64,000 bases of DNA. It comes from Takakia lepidozioides (taxonomy: Eukaryota > Plantae > Bryophyta). Shown piece after piece: positions 1 to 12,689 of this stretch. Each line of letters opens with the position of its first letter. Position 1 is the stretch's first letter. The stretch spans positions 53,878,001-53,942,000 of the forward strand of contig CM060732.1 of assembly GCA_030704615.1 (NCBI GenBank), read 5' to 3'. The notes beneath the pieces are model-generated. The model was not told the origin of the DNA and did not search any database. It saw only the letters and a program-made list of their open reading frames with translations. Both the position numbers and the translations under genes were made by a program.

Positions 1-192
1 CCCAACCATTCCCAAAGCAATATCCCAACATTACAAGTAAATAGTAAAGAGCATACATGCAAAGTCTGATGTCAATTTAAAACATACTGAAAAGAACATC
101 ACTCATGCATCCGAGCAAAGAATCCAGACAACCTGGGATCACATTTGAAGCTCAATCTAAACCAATGTGCACTTGCACACGCGAGAAATTAC

Positions 193-1244
193 CTCAAGGG
201 GTCCAACAAGCACAACTGGCTTGAGGGAGTCATACAATCCAAAGTAGAGACCACGGTATACAATGATACCAACACAGGCGATGGTAAAACCGCGATAGAG
301 TCCAGCAATACCATCAGTTGCAAGAGTCTTCCTATAGACATCAAGCAGGCCATTGAATTGGCGAGCACCACCACTTGACGTTTTTGCGTCATTTGTCAGG
401 CGAGTTCGGGCATAATCTAGAGAGTACACAAAGAGAGAGGACAAAGCCCCAGCAGCACCACCAGAAGCAACGTTTCCAGAAAACCACAACCAATAGCCAT
501 CCCTATCCTTCTTGTAGCCGAAAAGCTTCTTGAAGTAGTCCTTGAATGCAAAGTTCAAAGCCTGCAAACGACACATTCTACAAATATAGCATCAGATGGT
601 TCGAAGAGACAAAACACTTAGATTCGCACTGGATGCAGCGAGGACATGCTCAATCTGAAAGATGTGGGCCTCAAAACACAGGTGGACACATCAACTGCAG
701 AAAGCAGGAATTTAGATGAAATGTTTACAACCTGAGTGGGAAAGTAACGAATAACATTTGTCAGATTTCCACGCCATAATGCCACGACACCCTCATCCCG
801 TGTGGTGCGGGCAAAGCATTCGCCAATGCCCTTGTAAGGCTCTGCAAGGCGACCTGATTTCAGCATCTCATCTTGGTTCTGGATGAGAAGCTTTACTCGC
901 TCGATGGGAGCTGCAACAGTCTTAGACACAGCTGCAGAGACTCCACCCATAAGAAAGTCGATCATAAACCCTGAGACACCGTTTTCCGCAGGTGCAGGAA
1001 CGAAGTTCATAGGAGCGAGATTAGAAGGTACGAGGCTCTGGCCTCCTGCCAGGTCTATAGGGCAGAGAGCATTGAAACCAGTGGCCTTCGGCATATGCCC
1101 CATCCTAGATGGAGCGAAAGAGGAGCCATACACAACCTGCTCCTGGGTGCGATAAATCGCTCGGTGAGGTGCTAACTTCGACCCCAAATAGGAGTGTCCC
1201 GAGAGTTTATGCACCACACTGGGAAACCGTGGTCTCTCCGCCAT
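193..1244 (-). CDS. AAC: Mitochondrial ADP/ATP carrier, copy A (exons 1244-732 and 561-193; exon 3 lies left of the window)
   Basis: MAERPRF... presequence, then [47 protein letters not shown]|[29 protein letters not shown] phase-0 junctions match copy B. Confidence 0.93.
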
Positions 1245-1866
1245 TGTGACACAGTTATCGGAACCTGTTGCAAGAGAACATAGATCCAGAATCACAACCT
1301 TGCAAGCATCGATTGACTCTGCTCACACAGTAGACAGCAAAACAAAAGCATCCAAAACACGCGTTGCAAGAGATTAAACTCAGTCCAAACAGCCGGAAAT
1401 GAGCTATGACACTAGAAATTGCACGAGACAATTGCAGGAACTCGTAAATTGAATCCCTCAGATCCAGTTGCAATTCCGTCAATCCATGCCCTTGAGTTTA
1501 TAGGTGGGTAACAACATGTGAAATAGAGTCGAAGGTGGCAAGCTGCAGTCGTTCAACGAAGGAACGTGATAGAAAAATCTCAGAACTTGCAACCAATTAG
1601 CCAGCTGGAAGCCCGGGTAGACCAGGGCAGTAGCTCCCACAAGCCCTCCGTTGTTGCAGCACTGATGCATGCGCCATAACAGCCGGCTCGGTTTGATCTC
1701 TGCCCTTTCTTCTAGTGTACAAAGTCTTACGACTGGTAGATCGTCTCACAAATCAGTCTTGGCAGCACGTGGGAAAGTTTGACCAAGAGATGGTATCAGA
1801 GAGTCAAATGCAAGGGACTAGCCGGCTAAACACTTCGCTCTGCGCGAAGATGTGTGGCTGCGCATG

Positions 1867-2320
1867 TCCGCAGGCAGCACTCTCTCTTCCTTCCTAGTAA
1901 CTTAACTTAACTGACTTCCCATTGCCTACTTCCGCAGGCAGCACTCTCTCTTCCTTCCTAGTAACTTAACTTAACTGACTTCCCATTGCCTACTTCCGCA
2001 GGCAGCACTCTCTCTTCCTTCCTAGTAACTTAACTTAACTGACTTCCCATTGCCTACTTCCGCAGGCAGCACTCTCTCTTCCTTCCTAGTAACTTAACTT
2101 AACTGACTTCCCATTGCCTACTTCCGCAGGCAGCACTCTCTCTTCCTTCCTAGTAACTTAACTTAACTGACTTCCCATTGCCTACTTCCGCAGGCAGCAC
2201 TCTCTCTTCCTTCCTAGTAACTTAACTTAACTGACTTCCCATTGCCTACTTCCGCAGGCAGCACTCTCTCTTCCTTCCTAGTAACTTAACTTAACTTAAC
2301 TGACTTCCCATTGCCTACTT
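1867..2320. repeat. 64-bp tandem repeat, 7 copies
   Basis: Unit TCCGCAGGCAGCACTCTCTCTTCCTTCCTAGTAACTTAACTTAACTGACTTCCCATTGCCTACT starts at 1867, 1931, 1995, 2059, 2123, 2187 and 2251. Copies are identical except an extra CTTAA in the last. Confidence 0.98.
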
Positions 2321-2818
2321 GGTGGTGCGTGAGAATGCTCACTGCGTGTTCACGTGAGAAGAAGGGATTATATCCAAAAAGAAATAACTTGGGAATATAC
2401 CAGTGTTGTGCGTATTGAAGGAACAGCCAGTTCCGGTTCCTTGGTAGATTTAAAGAGGCGGTTCCGGATCCAGTTCTTTTTTATGAAGCTGTGCCGGTTC
2501 CGGTTCCAAAATTCATGAGCAGATTCCAGTTCCGGTTCCGGGTTTTTTTTGGGAAGGATCCGCCGGTTCCAGTTTCCGGTTCCGGTTCTCTATTTTTTGA
2601 ATTTATATATATATATATATATATATATTTATTTATTTATTTATCTTTTTTTATAAATCTGAAAATGATTTGTGAATCCCCATTAGTTATATCAAATATT
2701 TTGACCATGTTGAAAAGAAACAACACAACATTCATAAACAAATTTATGAAATAATAATAATACAAAGTAAGCGAGTATAAATCAATGTGTGTAGAATAGT
2801 GTAGAGTACACAAAGAAA

Positions 2819-5023
2819 TCATTCTATCTCAAACAACTCGGCCTCTGCAATCAACACCTCGTTGTCATCTAAGAGGACTTCCTCACTGTTCAAAAACTCG
2901 TTCATGGAAGAGCTCATGCAACCAACACGAGCATCATTCGGCCAATTCTTGATAATGCTCACAAGCATATCAAGGTTTTGAGCACCTAACTTGCAACGTC
3001 GCAAGTTTGTAATAACACCTGCATGCTAAAAACCCTCTCACATTCAATCTGAGACCCAACAATGTCCAATAGGAGATGTGTCAAATATCCCACATATGGA
3101 AATACAAATTCGTGTTCTTTCCACCATTTCAAAGGAGCGTTACACTCAGTGTCAGTGACCTTTTGCCTTCGGAAATACGCAAGCTGATCTCTCATCACCA
3201 TCAATGCCACATCCTCACATGGCTCTTCCAAACCAAACAATGACATATCATCCTGAGTGGAATCTGGCTCCGGATGGGTCGTAGTATCCGGGTGAAGGAT
3301 CTTGAAACATTTGACCAAAAGAGGCTCCAACACCAAGGTGTCATATTGTCGAACAATGATATGTACCTATTCTCTGCCCACATATTGTGTCATCAAGTAC
3401 AATCCCTTGAAACGCGGATCAAGCATCAGCGCCAACATATTGTGGGCTTTCAATGGTTGAACTCCTTCCAAAAATGAGATAAATGGCCCCAATACATGCA
3501 CCACCTTCTGAGCCATTCACCATTCTAACAATTGCAACTCTGCATCAAAATCCCCAATGCGATAATCCACTGTACCCAAGCTTCGAACACTCTCTGCTCG
3601 CATGCGTACACAAGTTGTAATTGTTGCAGCAAGAGCATCAGACAACAGCCAGTATCCGCCTGACTGGTTCATAACATACTCATGAACCACAGGTCCGAGA
3701 ACCGTGGAAATAGACTTTGCAATTGCCCACACTTATGGGCTTGGTATGCGAGATTGCAAAGACAGTGAAACCTACCTAGAATAACAAGTAATGATAGCTT
3801 GCTGAAATTCCAAAGTTTCTTGAAAGATGATCACTTTGGAAACAAAACTGGTTTTCACTGGAGTCTTCAGCTTGCAAGGATGAATGCCGCTATCAACACA
3901 TGTTACACTCCATTCTTGCCTTCCCTTTCCACTCTTCTTGGTCCAAGTGATGGTCTTAACGCTGATTGAGCATCATTTACAGACACAACCCTCATATTCA
4001 TGCACACCTTTGCATCAGTCATAACATACTGACAACACTTGCACATTGCATGTCCAAAGCAACTTCCCACAAATGGTGCAGATAGTCCCAATGGGGCACA
4101 AGACACGACTGCATTCAAAGCTGCAGTCAAAGTACCCAAACTACCTCCTTCATCTTTGACATAAGCTATGATGCGCAAATTCAAACCATACTTTGTTAAA
4201 AGGTCATTCATTTGTCGTGCCATGGCTGCCCCGGATGTATCAGGTGCCTCAAACATTCCCAATGTCACATGGCATGGTTCCCATTGCTCATTAAGAAAGT
4301 GTGCTATGATGACAAAGGTATCTGTTCCTTCTCTTGACATCCACAAATCAAAACTGACAATACAAGTTACACAATTGGATATCAATGGGGACATGTACAA
4401 GTCTTGTGTTTTTGCTGTCAGTGATGGGAGCGTCTTATTCACAAGTGTGCGTCGAGAGGGGAAAACTAGACGATCATTTTGTCTCCCCACTACCCTTCGT
4501 AGCCATGGAGATTCGACCAAAGACAATGACAACAACTCTTTTGCAATGAACAGGACCAAATCCTCGTTGAACCTTTTCTGTTGTTCATCATCTTTCTTGT
4601 ATGGAGTTCGACTGCCAAAGAAAGAAGATATGTTCCCTGGGGTAGGGCCAAGCCTCTTCTTCGCAGGTCTATGAGCATCCGGCTCATCTTTTTCCATTTC
4701 AATCCACTTACTAACCAAAGCCCCATGTTTCTGATTCACATGCTTATGAAGAACAGAGTTTCCATGGTCTTTGTTGTAAGTCATACATCCTGGCGTAAGG
4801 TTTCCAAAAATCACGTTGCTTGCGTAGGGTGGAAAACTGCTCTTCCTCGGACATTGAGCTGTTTGAATACTGTGATATTGTGGAAGACCCACCGACCGCT
4901 GAAATGAGAGGAATTGATGAAGAAGACGATGCACATAGCGTAAGACAAGCTTCCATAGCTCCCGCATTGTTGACATTGGTGTGTCTCCAGTTCTTCAAAG
5001 ATATTAGGCTCCATACGTTGCAA
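2819..5023 (-). pseudogene. hAT-1 transposase, frameshifted
   Basis: Partial BED finger (YNKDHGNSVLHKHVNQKH), VSFDLWMS (first catalytic D), AYVKDEGG (second D), CFGH (CxxH), and dimerisation domain PLKWW...GSQIECERVFS, split over several frames. Confidence 0.92.
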
Positions 5024-5210
5024 ATGGTTGGATACACTCCCTGAATCAAATTAATCCCAATCCAACCCAATTCACGCTTAAACATTCATACAATGCAAAT
5101 TTGTAATATAATTACACCAATGTGAGAGCCTAGTAAACTGCACAACACTGCACATAGGGGGGGCTGGTCTTATGACAGTAAATAGTAAATACCCAATCCC
5201 ACAGGTAGAG

Positions 5211-5939
5211 TGTCGCGGCCCTTTGCCTTGAGGGCAGGGGGTCGAGACACATGGGGGGCTGCCCCTGTGGTGGGGGCAGTGGCAGCGATAGGTACAGGGG
5301 GCTGAAGCACCCTTGAGTGCCCAAAGCACTCAAGGAGGTGGAGGTGCTCACTAGGTGGAGCCCCGCACACCGGGATGTGGTGGGGGTGGCTTCACAAAGG
5401 GGTGGTGGTAGCTTAGCGGGACTTAGTGGGGGTGGCATAGGACTCACATTGGGGCGGAGACCTCGTGGTGGGAGTCGTGGGGAGTCTTGGGACTCATCAC
5501 GGTCCATAGGGGCCGTGGTGGGTGGGAAAAGACTCACCGCGACTCATCACCGGGAGTCGAGGGTTTTCGTGGTGGTTCGCCATAAAATGGCATGGTTGTT
5601 TATGAAACCCCCGCGGACAGCTACAGAAGTATATATAAGGGGAGTAGTGACCCCGAGAACGGTGCAAGCCCGTTGGTGACAAAAAACTAGTGAGTAAGCG
5701 AGCGAGCTGGAAAGCGACCAAAGAGTGGGGAGTTGTTCCGGACTGCCATCTACCAAAGGGAATTCCACTAGGCCCAAATAGGTGGAGGGTTTAGTGGGAG
5801 AGCGAAGGGGGGACCGTTATGTCCCGGTGAGCAACCGAAGCTCCAAGTTGGCCCGGCGGCCAGGTTGGGAGTCAGGCGCGCGCATCAAAGCGAGTAACTA
5901 TGACTTGAAGGGGAGCTTACCGAAGTGAGGTGCGCGACA
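5211..5939 (+). repeat. 5' LTR
   Basis: TG...CA ends, TATATAAG at ~5632, direct repeat of 11417-12138. Confidence 0.96.
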
Positions 5940-5941
5940 CT

Positions 5942-5953
5942 TGGTATCAGAGC
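5942..5953 (+). promoter_or_regulatory. Primer-binding site for initiator tRNA-Met
   Basis: TGGTATCAGAGC two bases after the 5' LTR. Confidence 0.95.
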
Positions 5954-5994
5954 TTAGAGTTCAGTACGCGATCGTCCTTGGGATTGGCCTCATC

Positions 5995-8900
5995 ATGGGG
6001 TCGGGCAAGCCAAAGCGAAAGCGGAACGGCCCAAAAGATGATGATCCTGGTGAGCCGAAGCGGCCGTTTGAGGAAACGACACAGGTTTCTGAAAACGAGG
6101 CCGCTCAAGAGTGGGAGGAATCCGAGGAGTCGGAGCCCGAGGAATCCCTGAGAGCTCCGACAGACCAACAGATGCCTCCCATGCCGGCAGCTTTTTGGGA
6201 AGGGTTGTTGGCGCAGTTTGGCGGGACGTTGAAAGACGTGTTGAAGGCGGCTAATGCCACTTCCGCTAAGGCAAAGCTTAAGGTGAAGCCTAAGGAACCC
6301 GGCACCTTCGAGGGCGTCCGAAATCAGAAGGCACTCAACACCTGGCTCTTGGAGCTAGAGCAGTACTTCCGAGCGGCCAAGTTGAGTGACGAGGATCGGG
6401 TGGAAGTGGCTCCCACCTATTTGAGGGGCTATGCTCAACAATGGTGGCAGAAACGCCTTCACGACCGAGGTCCAAGTCCGGAAACCTTGAACTGGAGTGG
6501 GTTCAAGGAATTGATGAAGCGACAGTTTGTGCCCCTCAACGCGTCCTGGCTTGCCCGGGACAAGATGAGGAATTTGAAGCAAACAGATGACATTCGGGGA
6601 TAGGTCCAGGCTTTCAATGTGTTGTTGCTCGAAGTCGCGGATATGGCGGAACCAGAAATGGTCTTCAACTTTGTGGCGGGATTGGCCCCATGGGCCAGGC
6701 GGAAGTTGGAGGAGAAGCCACCTAAGACTTTGAACGAGGCAATTGAGAGGGCTGAATGTTTCTCGGATGTCCCTAAGGGTGAAAGACAAGGCCGTACGGA
6801 GCTGAACCACAAGAAGACACGGCGGGAAGGTGACTCCTTCCGACCGGAAAAGAAGTGGGATAGGCCATGCGGCGACAATGGCACGTGGAAATCGAAGGGA
6901 TGGCCTTCACACGTCAAGGCGGCACCCGGTGCTTCGAAAGGAAAAGCGGGTGGAACGGCTTATGGCGGACAGAAGGCGACCTTTGATGGAGTGTGTTTCA
7001 ATTGCGGAGAGCCCGGGCATATGGCCAAGAAGTGCACGAAGCCCCGACAATTGAACATGACTCGGGCAACCACGGAGCTGTCGGAAGATACCATCAGTCG
7101 CTTGGTGGAAGCGGTGGTCGCCAAGACTTGCAAGGTAGGCAAATATTCTTGTGAGTTGTATCAGGAAACTGGCGCATTGCGTAAAGGGAGTCACTTATTG
7201 TTCGTGGATGGGATAATATCCGGAACTAACGTGGAGCGTCGCACTCCTTCATGACACCGGCAACGGCACAAAAGCTGGGACTCCCGACAACTGACGTAAG
7301 GGCCTCTATTGAGGTGCGTTCTGCCAAAGGAGAACCGCAATTGGCGACGAGGTTGGCGTTCGATGTTCCTCTTCAACTGGGGAGTTGGGAGGGACGTGAG
7401 AACTTCACCGTCTGCGAGATCGATGGAGTGGATCTCATTTTGGGGATGACATTTTTGAGCAAATCCGGAGCGGTCATAGATGGCCGCAAGAGGGTAGTCA
7501 CGCTGCCATGTTGGAATGGTGACGAGGTCTTACGAGTTTCGGAAACGCCCAAACCCGTGAGAGGGCGAATAAACCTTCTGTCAGCAAGGGAGTGGGCCGT
7601 GGAGGAGGCACACGAGCCCCAGTTTTTGCTCTACATTAGAGAAGTGAAGGGAGAAGGCGATGGAGAGCCAAGCCCAGATTGGATCAAGGGGATTTTGGAG
7701 AAATACCATGATGTGATGCCGGAGGATTTGCCAAGCGGCTTGCCACCGCGAAGAGGAGTTGACCACAAGATTGAGCTGATACCGGGATCGGAACCGCCTG
7801 CCAAGGTGCCCTACCGGTTGAGCCACAGAGAGTTGGTCGAGCTGAAGACTCAGCTCAAGGATCTAATGTCAAAGGGGTACATCCGGCCGAGTAAGTCACC
7901 TTACGGAGCCCCGGTGCTATTTGCAGACAAGAAGGATGAGACGCTGCGGATGTGTGTCGATTACAGGGCTCTGAATAAGGTGATTATCAAAAAACGGTAC
8001 CCTTTGCCAAGGATCGACGACCTTTTCGATCGGTTGGCAGGAGCGAAGTATTTCAGCCGGATCGATCTGCGCTCTGGCTATCATCAAATTCGAGTGGCGG
8101 AAGGAGATGAGGAGAAGACCGCGTGCAGGACAAGGTATGGTTCATATGAGTTCTTGGTGATGCATTTTGGGCTCACCAATGCACCAGCGACATTTAGCAC
8201 GCTGATGAATAGCCTTTTCCAGGAGTGGTTGGATGACTTTGTGATCGTGTACATCGACGACATCTTGGTGTATTCGAAAACAAAGGAGGAGCACCTGGAG
8301 CACCTCAAAAGGGTGTTCCAGAAATTGCGGGAAGGGAAGCTGTATGCCAAAGCTTCAAAGTGCGAATTCGGGGTCACAAAAGTGGAGTTCCTGGGGCATG
8401 TGATTACACATGATGGGATCAGAATGGATGACAGGAAGGTGAGGGCCATCTTGGACTGGGAGCCTCCGACTTCGGTCCCGGGAGTGCGATCCTTCCTAGG
8501 ACTCGCCTCCTATTACCGGAAGTATGTGAGAAATTTCGCCAAGATTGCAGGGCCGCTGTCAGACCTTCTGTGTAAATCTAAAGTCTGGGCATGGAACACA
8601 TTTTGTGGCCAAGCTTTTGCTAAATTGAAGCAGCGGATGGCGGAAGCTCCAGTCTTGAAAATCCCGGAGTTCGATCGTCCGTTCGAGATACATACAGATG
8701 CGTCGGACTTCACGATTGGGGGTGTACTGATGCAAGATGGACGTCCAGTGACTTACGAAAGTAAGAAACTGAATGAAGTGGAGCGACGGTGGCCGACGCA
8801 CGAGAAAGAGATGAAGGCGGTGGTGCACTGTCTTGAGCTTTGGCGCCACTATGTTGGTTCCAACCCAGTGAAGGTGTTCACGGATAATGTCACGGTGAAG

Positions 8901-10514
8901 TATTTTGCCACGCAGCCCAAGTTGTCCCCAAAACAACTTAGGTGGCAAGATACTTTGGCGGTGTTGGACGTGGATATCCAGTACAAACCGGGACGAGACA
9001 ACGTGGTGGCCGATGCTTTAAGTAGAAAGCAGCAGCTCTTGTTGGTGTACAAGGGCGAGACGACGCTCCAAATAAAGATCCGGAAGGCTTGCCGGAAGGA
9101 TGAGCTGGCGAAGTCCATGATGCAGGACTTGAGGATAGGGGTTAAATCGCAGTTCCACTTGCAAAATGGACTGCTCCGGTATAAGCAAAAGCGTCTCTAC
9201 GTGCCGAAGGGAGGGATCAGAGATAGTCTCTTGAGAGAATGTCATAATAGCCCGCTTGCGGGCCACGGCGGAGCCAAGCGCACTGCGGCACTCTTGAAGA
9301 AAGAGTATTTCTGGCCCAAACTGAGGGAGGAGGCAGAGGAGTATGTCAAGACATGCACCACATGCCAACAAAACCGGAGCGAGTACAAAAAGCAAGCAGG
9401 GCTGTTACAACCCTTGCCGATTCCAGAGGGGACTTGGGAAAGCGTCTCGATGGATTTCATGACTGCTATGCCGCTGTCAAAAGGATTCAATGCAATCATG
9501 GTGGTGGTAGATAGGTTCAGTAAAATGGGCCATTTCATCCCCACCAAGGAGACGGCAACGGCGCAGGAGACAGGGCGACTTTACTTTGCCCACGTCTTAA
9601 AGCATCATGGAGTCCCGAAGGATATTGTCTCGGACCGCGATCCAAAGTTTACGAGTAAATTTTGGAGGACACTTTGGAAGAAGATGGGGACGAGGCTGAG
9701 ATGAGCACCGCCTTCCGACCTACGACTGACGGCCAAACAGAAAGAATGAATTCCGTAGTGAAGCAGATCTTGCGGAATTACGTGTCGGCAGACCAAACAG
9801 ACTGGGTGGAACACTTAGACGCGACAGAGTTCTGTTATAATAACACAGAACACTCCACAACGGGAGTTTCCCCTTTCGTATTGGTCTATGGAAAAGCACC
9901 TCTGGTGCCGACAAATTGGGCCGCCCAGGACGTTGAGGAACGGCAGTAACGGCGGTACTGGAAGAACGCGAGCGTTTGTTGAAGCTCGCAAAGTACAACA
10001 TTGCCAAAGCTAGGAAACGGTATGAAAGGCAGGCGAATCGGAAGCGGAGGGAAGTGAAGTTTGAGGCAGGCGCAGAGGTCTGGTTGAACATCAAGAATTT
10101 CCGACTACCTGCGGAAGTGAGTCCGAAGTTCGTACCTCCGTATGCGGGACCCTTTTGCATTCGGAAGGTTATGAATGAGGATGTGTATGAATTGGAGCTG
10201 CCAGCAAACAGCAAGGTGCACCCAGTATTCCATGTCTCCTTTTGAAGCCTTACTTCAAAGATGAAGCGCGTCCGAATCGACATCAAGTGTTGCGTCCGCC
10301 ACCTATGCTGTTGGATCATGAAAATGAACCTGAGTACGAGGTGGAGGCAATACTTAAGTCGAGGAGGTTCAAGAACCGAGAAACGGAGTATCTCGTCAAA
10401 TGGAAGGGCTATCATCATGTGGAGGCATCTTGGGTGCGTGCCTCAGAAATGGGAAACGCATCCGAGGCGGTTGCAGCTTTCGAAGGGCGACCTCAAAAGC
10501 GGAAGAAGCGTTGA
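5995..10514 (+). pseudogene. gag-pol with C-terminal chromodomain, disrupted
   Basis: Gag (YLRGYAQQWW; knuckle CFNCGEPGHMAKKC), RT YIDD, RNase H TDAS, integrase HHCC/SMDF/SDRD, GPF, chromodomain YEVEAIL...YLVKWKGY. Lesions: TAG 6601-6603, protease deletion ~7230, frameshifts ~9700 and ~10240, stop 9947-9949. Confidence 0.95.
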
Positions 10515-11416
10515 TGGGGACATCAACCTTGGAGCGTGGGGGAGGAAATGTATGCTTAGCCCGGCTTAGCTAGCTTAGGAATCCGATTGCAAAAACTTGT
10601 ATTGTACAAAACGTGCTATAAATGAAATGGCTTCCAAATGTTGTGCGTCCTATTTTGTTTGGAATGGTGATGCATGGTATGGTTGGCTAGTGTGTAGAAT
10701 GCATGCTAGCTTATAAAAGTGGGAGAGGTAAATTGGGTTAATCGTGTATTTGCGTAGTGCCGAAATCGGGTGACCCCCATCCGAGGGGCAAGGAAACTTG
10801 CGCCTTCTTTGGGAGTTCACGTGCTAGTGCGCACCTGGCGCGTACGCGTATTATAACTGCGCTACCGAGGGGGTTGCCTTGTAGTGCGGGCTAACGCGGA
10901 AGCCACGAGCTTCCGTTCACGTACTATAATCGTGTAGCCTCGGGACGAAGTCGTAGTGCGGCTTCGGCGTGTTCCCGTACCTCAGGCCAGCATTCCAAGG
11001 CGGACCCAATTGTAGTGATTGGGGCGCACGGTTGGTTCAAGGTTATGTTCCTAGTCAAAAAGGGTTCCAGGTGAACCCTTGCTCAAGGTGATGCCAAAAG
11101 CAGCATCATGAGCGGTCGCAAGCAATGTTGTTGCAGTAAGGCGATTCGATCCTCTGGGGGGATCGTTCCTTGGCCTTGAAGTAGGCCAAGAAGAGTGCAT
11201 TGGGATGAGCTGGAGAGGCTCCACCCTTGGCCGGGACTTGGAGGAAGTCGGCCGAACTAGCTAGTGGAGAGTAGAGTCAAGTGTGGGGTTTGGTTCTTGC
11301 CATGGGACGCCATGGGCGGAAACAAACTCCTTGATGTGGGACGCCACAACTTGGATGTTCGTTTCTACAAAATGGACAAGCGATGAGGACATCGACTCCC
11401 TGTTGGTAGGGGTGTG

Positions 11417-12138
11417 TGTCGCGGCCTTTGCCTTGAGGGCAGGGAGTCGGGACACATGGGGGCTGCCCCTGTGGTGGGGGCAGTGGCAGCGATAGGTACA
11501 GGGGGCTGAAGCACCCTTGAGTGCCCAAAGCACTCAAGGAGGCGGAGGTGCTCACTAGGTGGAGCCCCACACACCGGGATGTGGTGGGGGTGGCTTCACA
11601 AAGGGGTGGTGGTAGCTTAGCGGGACTTAGTGGGGGTGGCATAGGACTCACCTTGGGGCGGAGACCTCGTGGTGGGAGTCGTGGGGAGTCTTGAGACTCA
11701 TCATGGTCCATAGGGGCCGTGGTGGGTGGGCCAAGACTCACCACGACTCACCACCGGGAGTCGGGTTTGTGGTGGTTCGCCATAAAATGGCATGGTGTGT
11801 TGTGAAACCCCCGCGGACAGCTACAGAAGTATATATAAGGGGAGTAGTGACCCCGAGAACGGTGCAAGCCCGTTGGTGACAAAAAACTAGTGAGTAAGCG
11901 AGCGAGCTGGAAAGCGACCAAAGAGTGGGAGTTGTTCCGGACTGCCATCTACCAAAGGGAATTCCACTAGGCCCAAATAGGTGGAGGGTTTAGTGGGAGA
12001 GCGAAGGGGGGACCGTTATGTCCCGGTGAGCAACCGAATCTCCAAGTTGGCCCGGCGGCCAGGTTGGGAGTCAGGCGTGCGCATCAAAGCGAGTAACTAT
12101 GACTTGAAGGGGAGCTTACCGAAGTGAGGTGCGCGACA
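11417..12138 (+). repeat. 3' LTR
   Basis: Direct repeat of 5211-5939, preceded by a weak purine tract GGTAGGGG. Confidence 0.96.
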
Positions 12139-12689
12139 TAGAGCCAAATATTAAAGCAAGGGTATACATACAAGCTCTTGGGTGGCACAAACACTCATAC
12201 ATTCAAAGTAGAACACACATATATAAATGTAAGATAGGTCATTTCAGTCATTCAGCCCCTTTAGGCACCATGACAGATTCTCAAATGTAGAAATTCAGTT
12301 TTCAGATGTCATGAGTGGCAATCAAATGCACACTAAGTAGACCTCTTTCAGATTTCCTAATGCTATCATAAGCCATTGGCAACAGTAGCCAGTCAAGAGA
12401 GCATGTACATTGACCATTTTCAGATTTCATAATGCTAACACAAGGCACTGGCAACAGTAGACTAGCCACGCTACTTGGTTGCATGATTTTGCCATTCAAG
12501 GGAAAAAAAAACAAACTAAAAACAAACTAAAAGGGCCTAGCACAAGTTGTTTGGTTGCATTAATTTGCCATGAAAGGGAAAAAAAAAAAAGAGGGGGAGG
12601 GCTAAAGGCCCTAGCACAAGCTTATCGGCTGCACAATTTTGCCATGAAAAGACAAAAAAAAAATGGAGGGCTAATCTCCACGGAGGTTG

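Larger units (their letters stand above)
5211..12138 (+). mobile_element. Full-length Ty3/gypsy chromovirus LTR retrotransposon (group I chromodomain, tRNA-iMet PBS; Galadriel-like by inference), coding-defective
   Basis: TSD TAGAG at 5206-5210 and 12139-12143. LTRs have TGTCGCG...CGCGACA termini. Domain order gag-PR-RT-RH-IN-chromodomain. Confidence 0.97.

Noticed and set aside
1867-2320. CRISPR-like array
   Set aside because: Units are contiguous and identical with no spacers. The context is eukaryotic and has no cas genes.
5078-5777. Pro/Gly-rich ORFs in both LTRs
   Set aside because: These are by-products of GC-rich LTR sequence, and frames differ between the two LTRs.
6601-6603. Programmed stop-codon readthrough in gag
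   Set aside because: The TAG is mid-capsid at a probable Tyr, not at the gag/pol border, and the element has other lesions.
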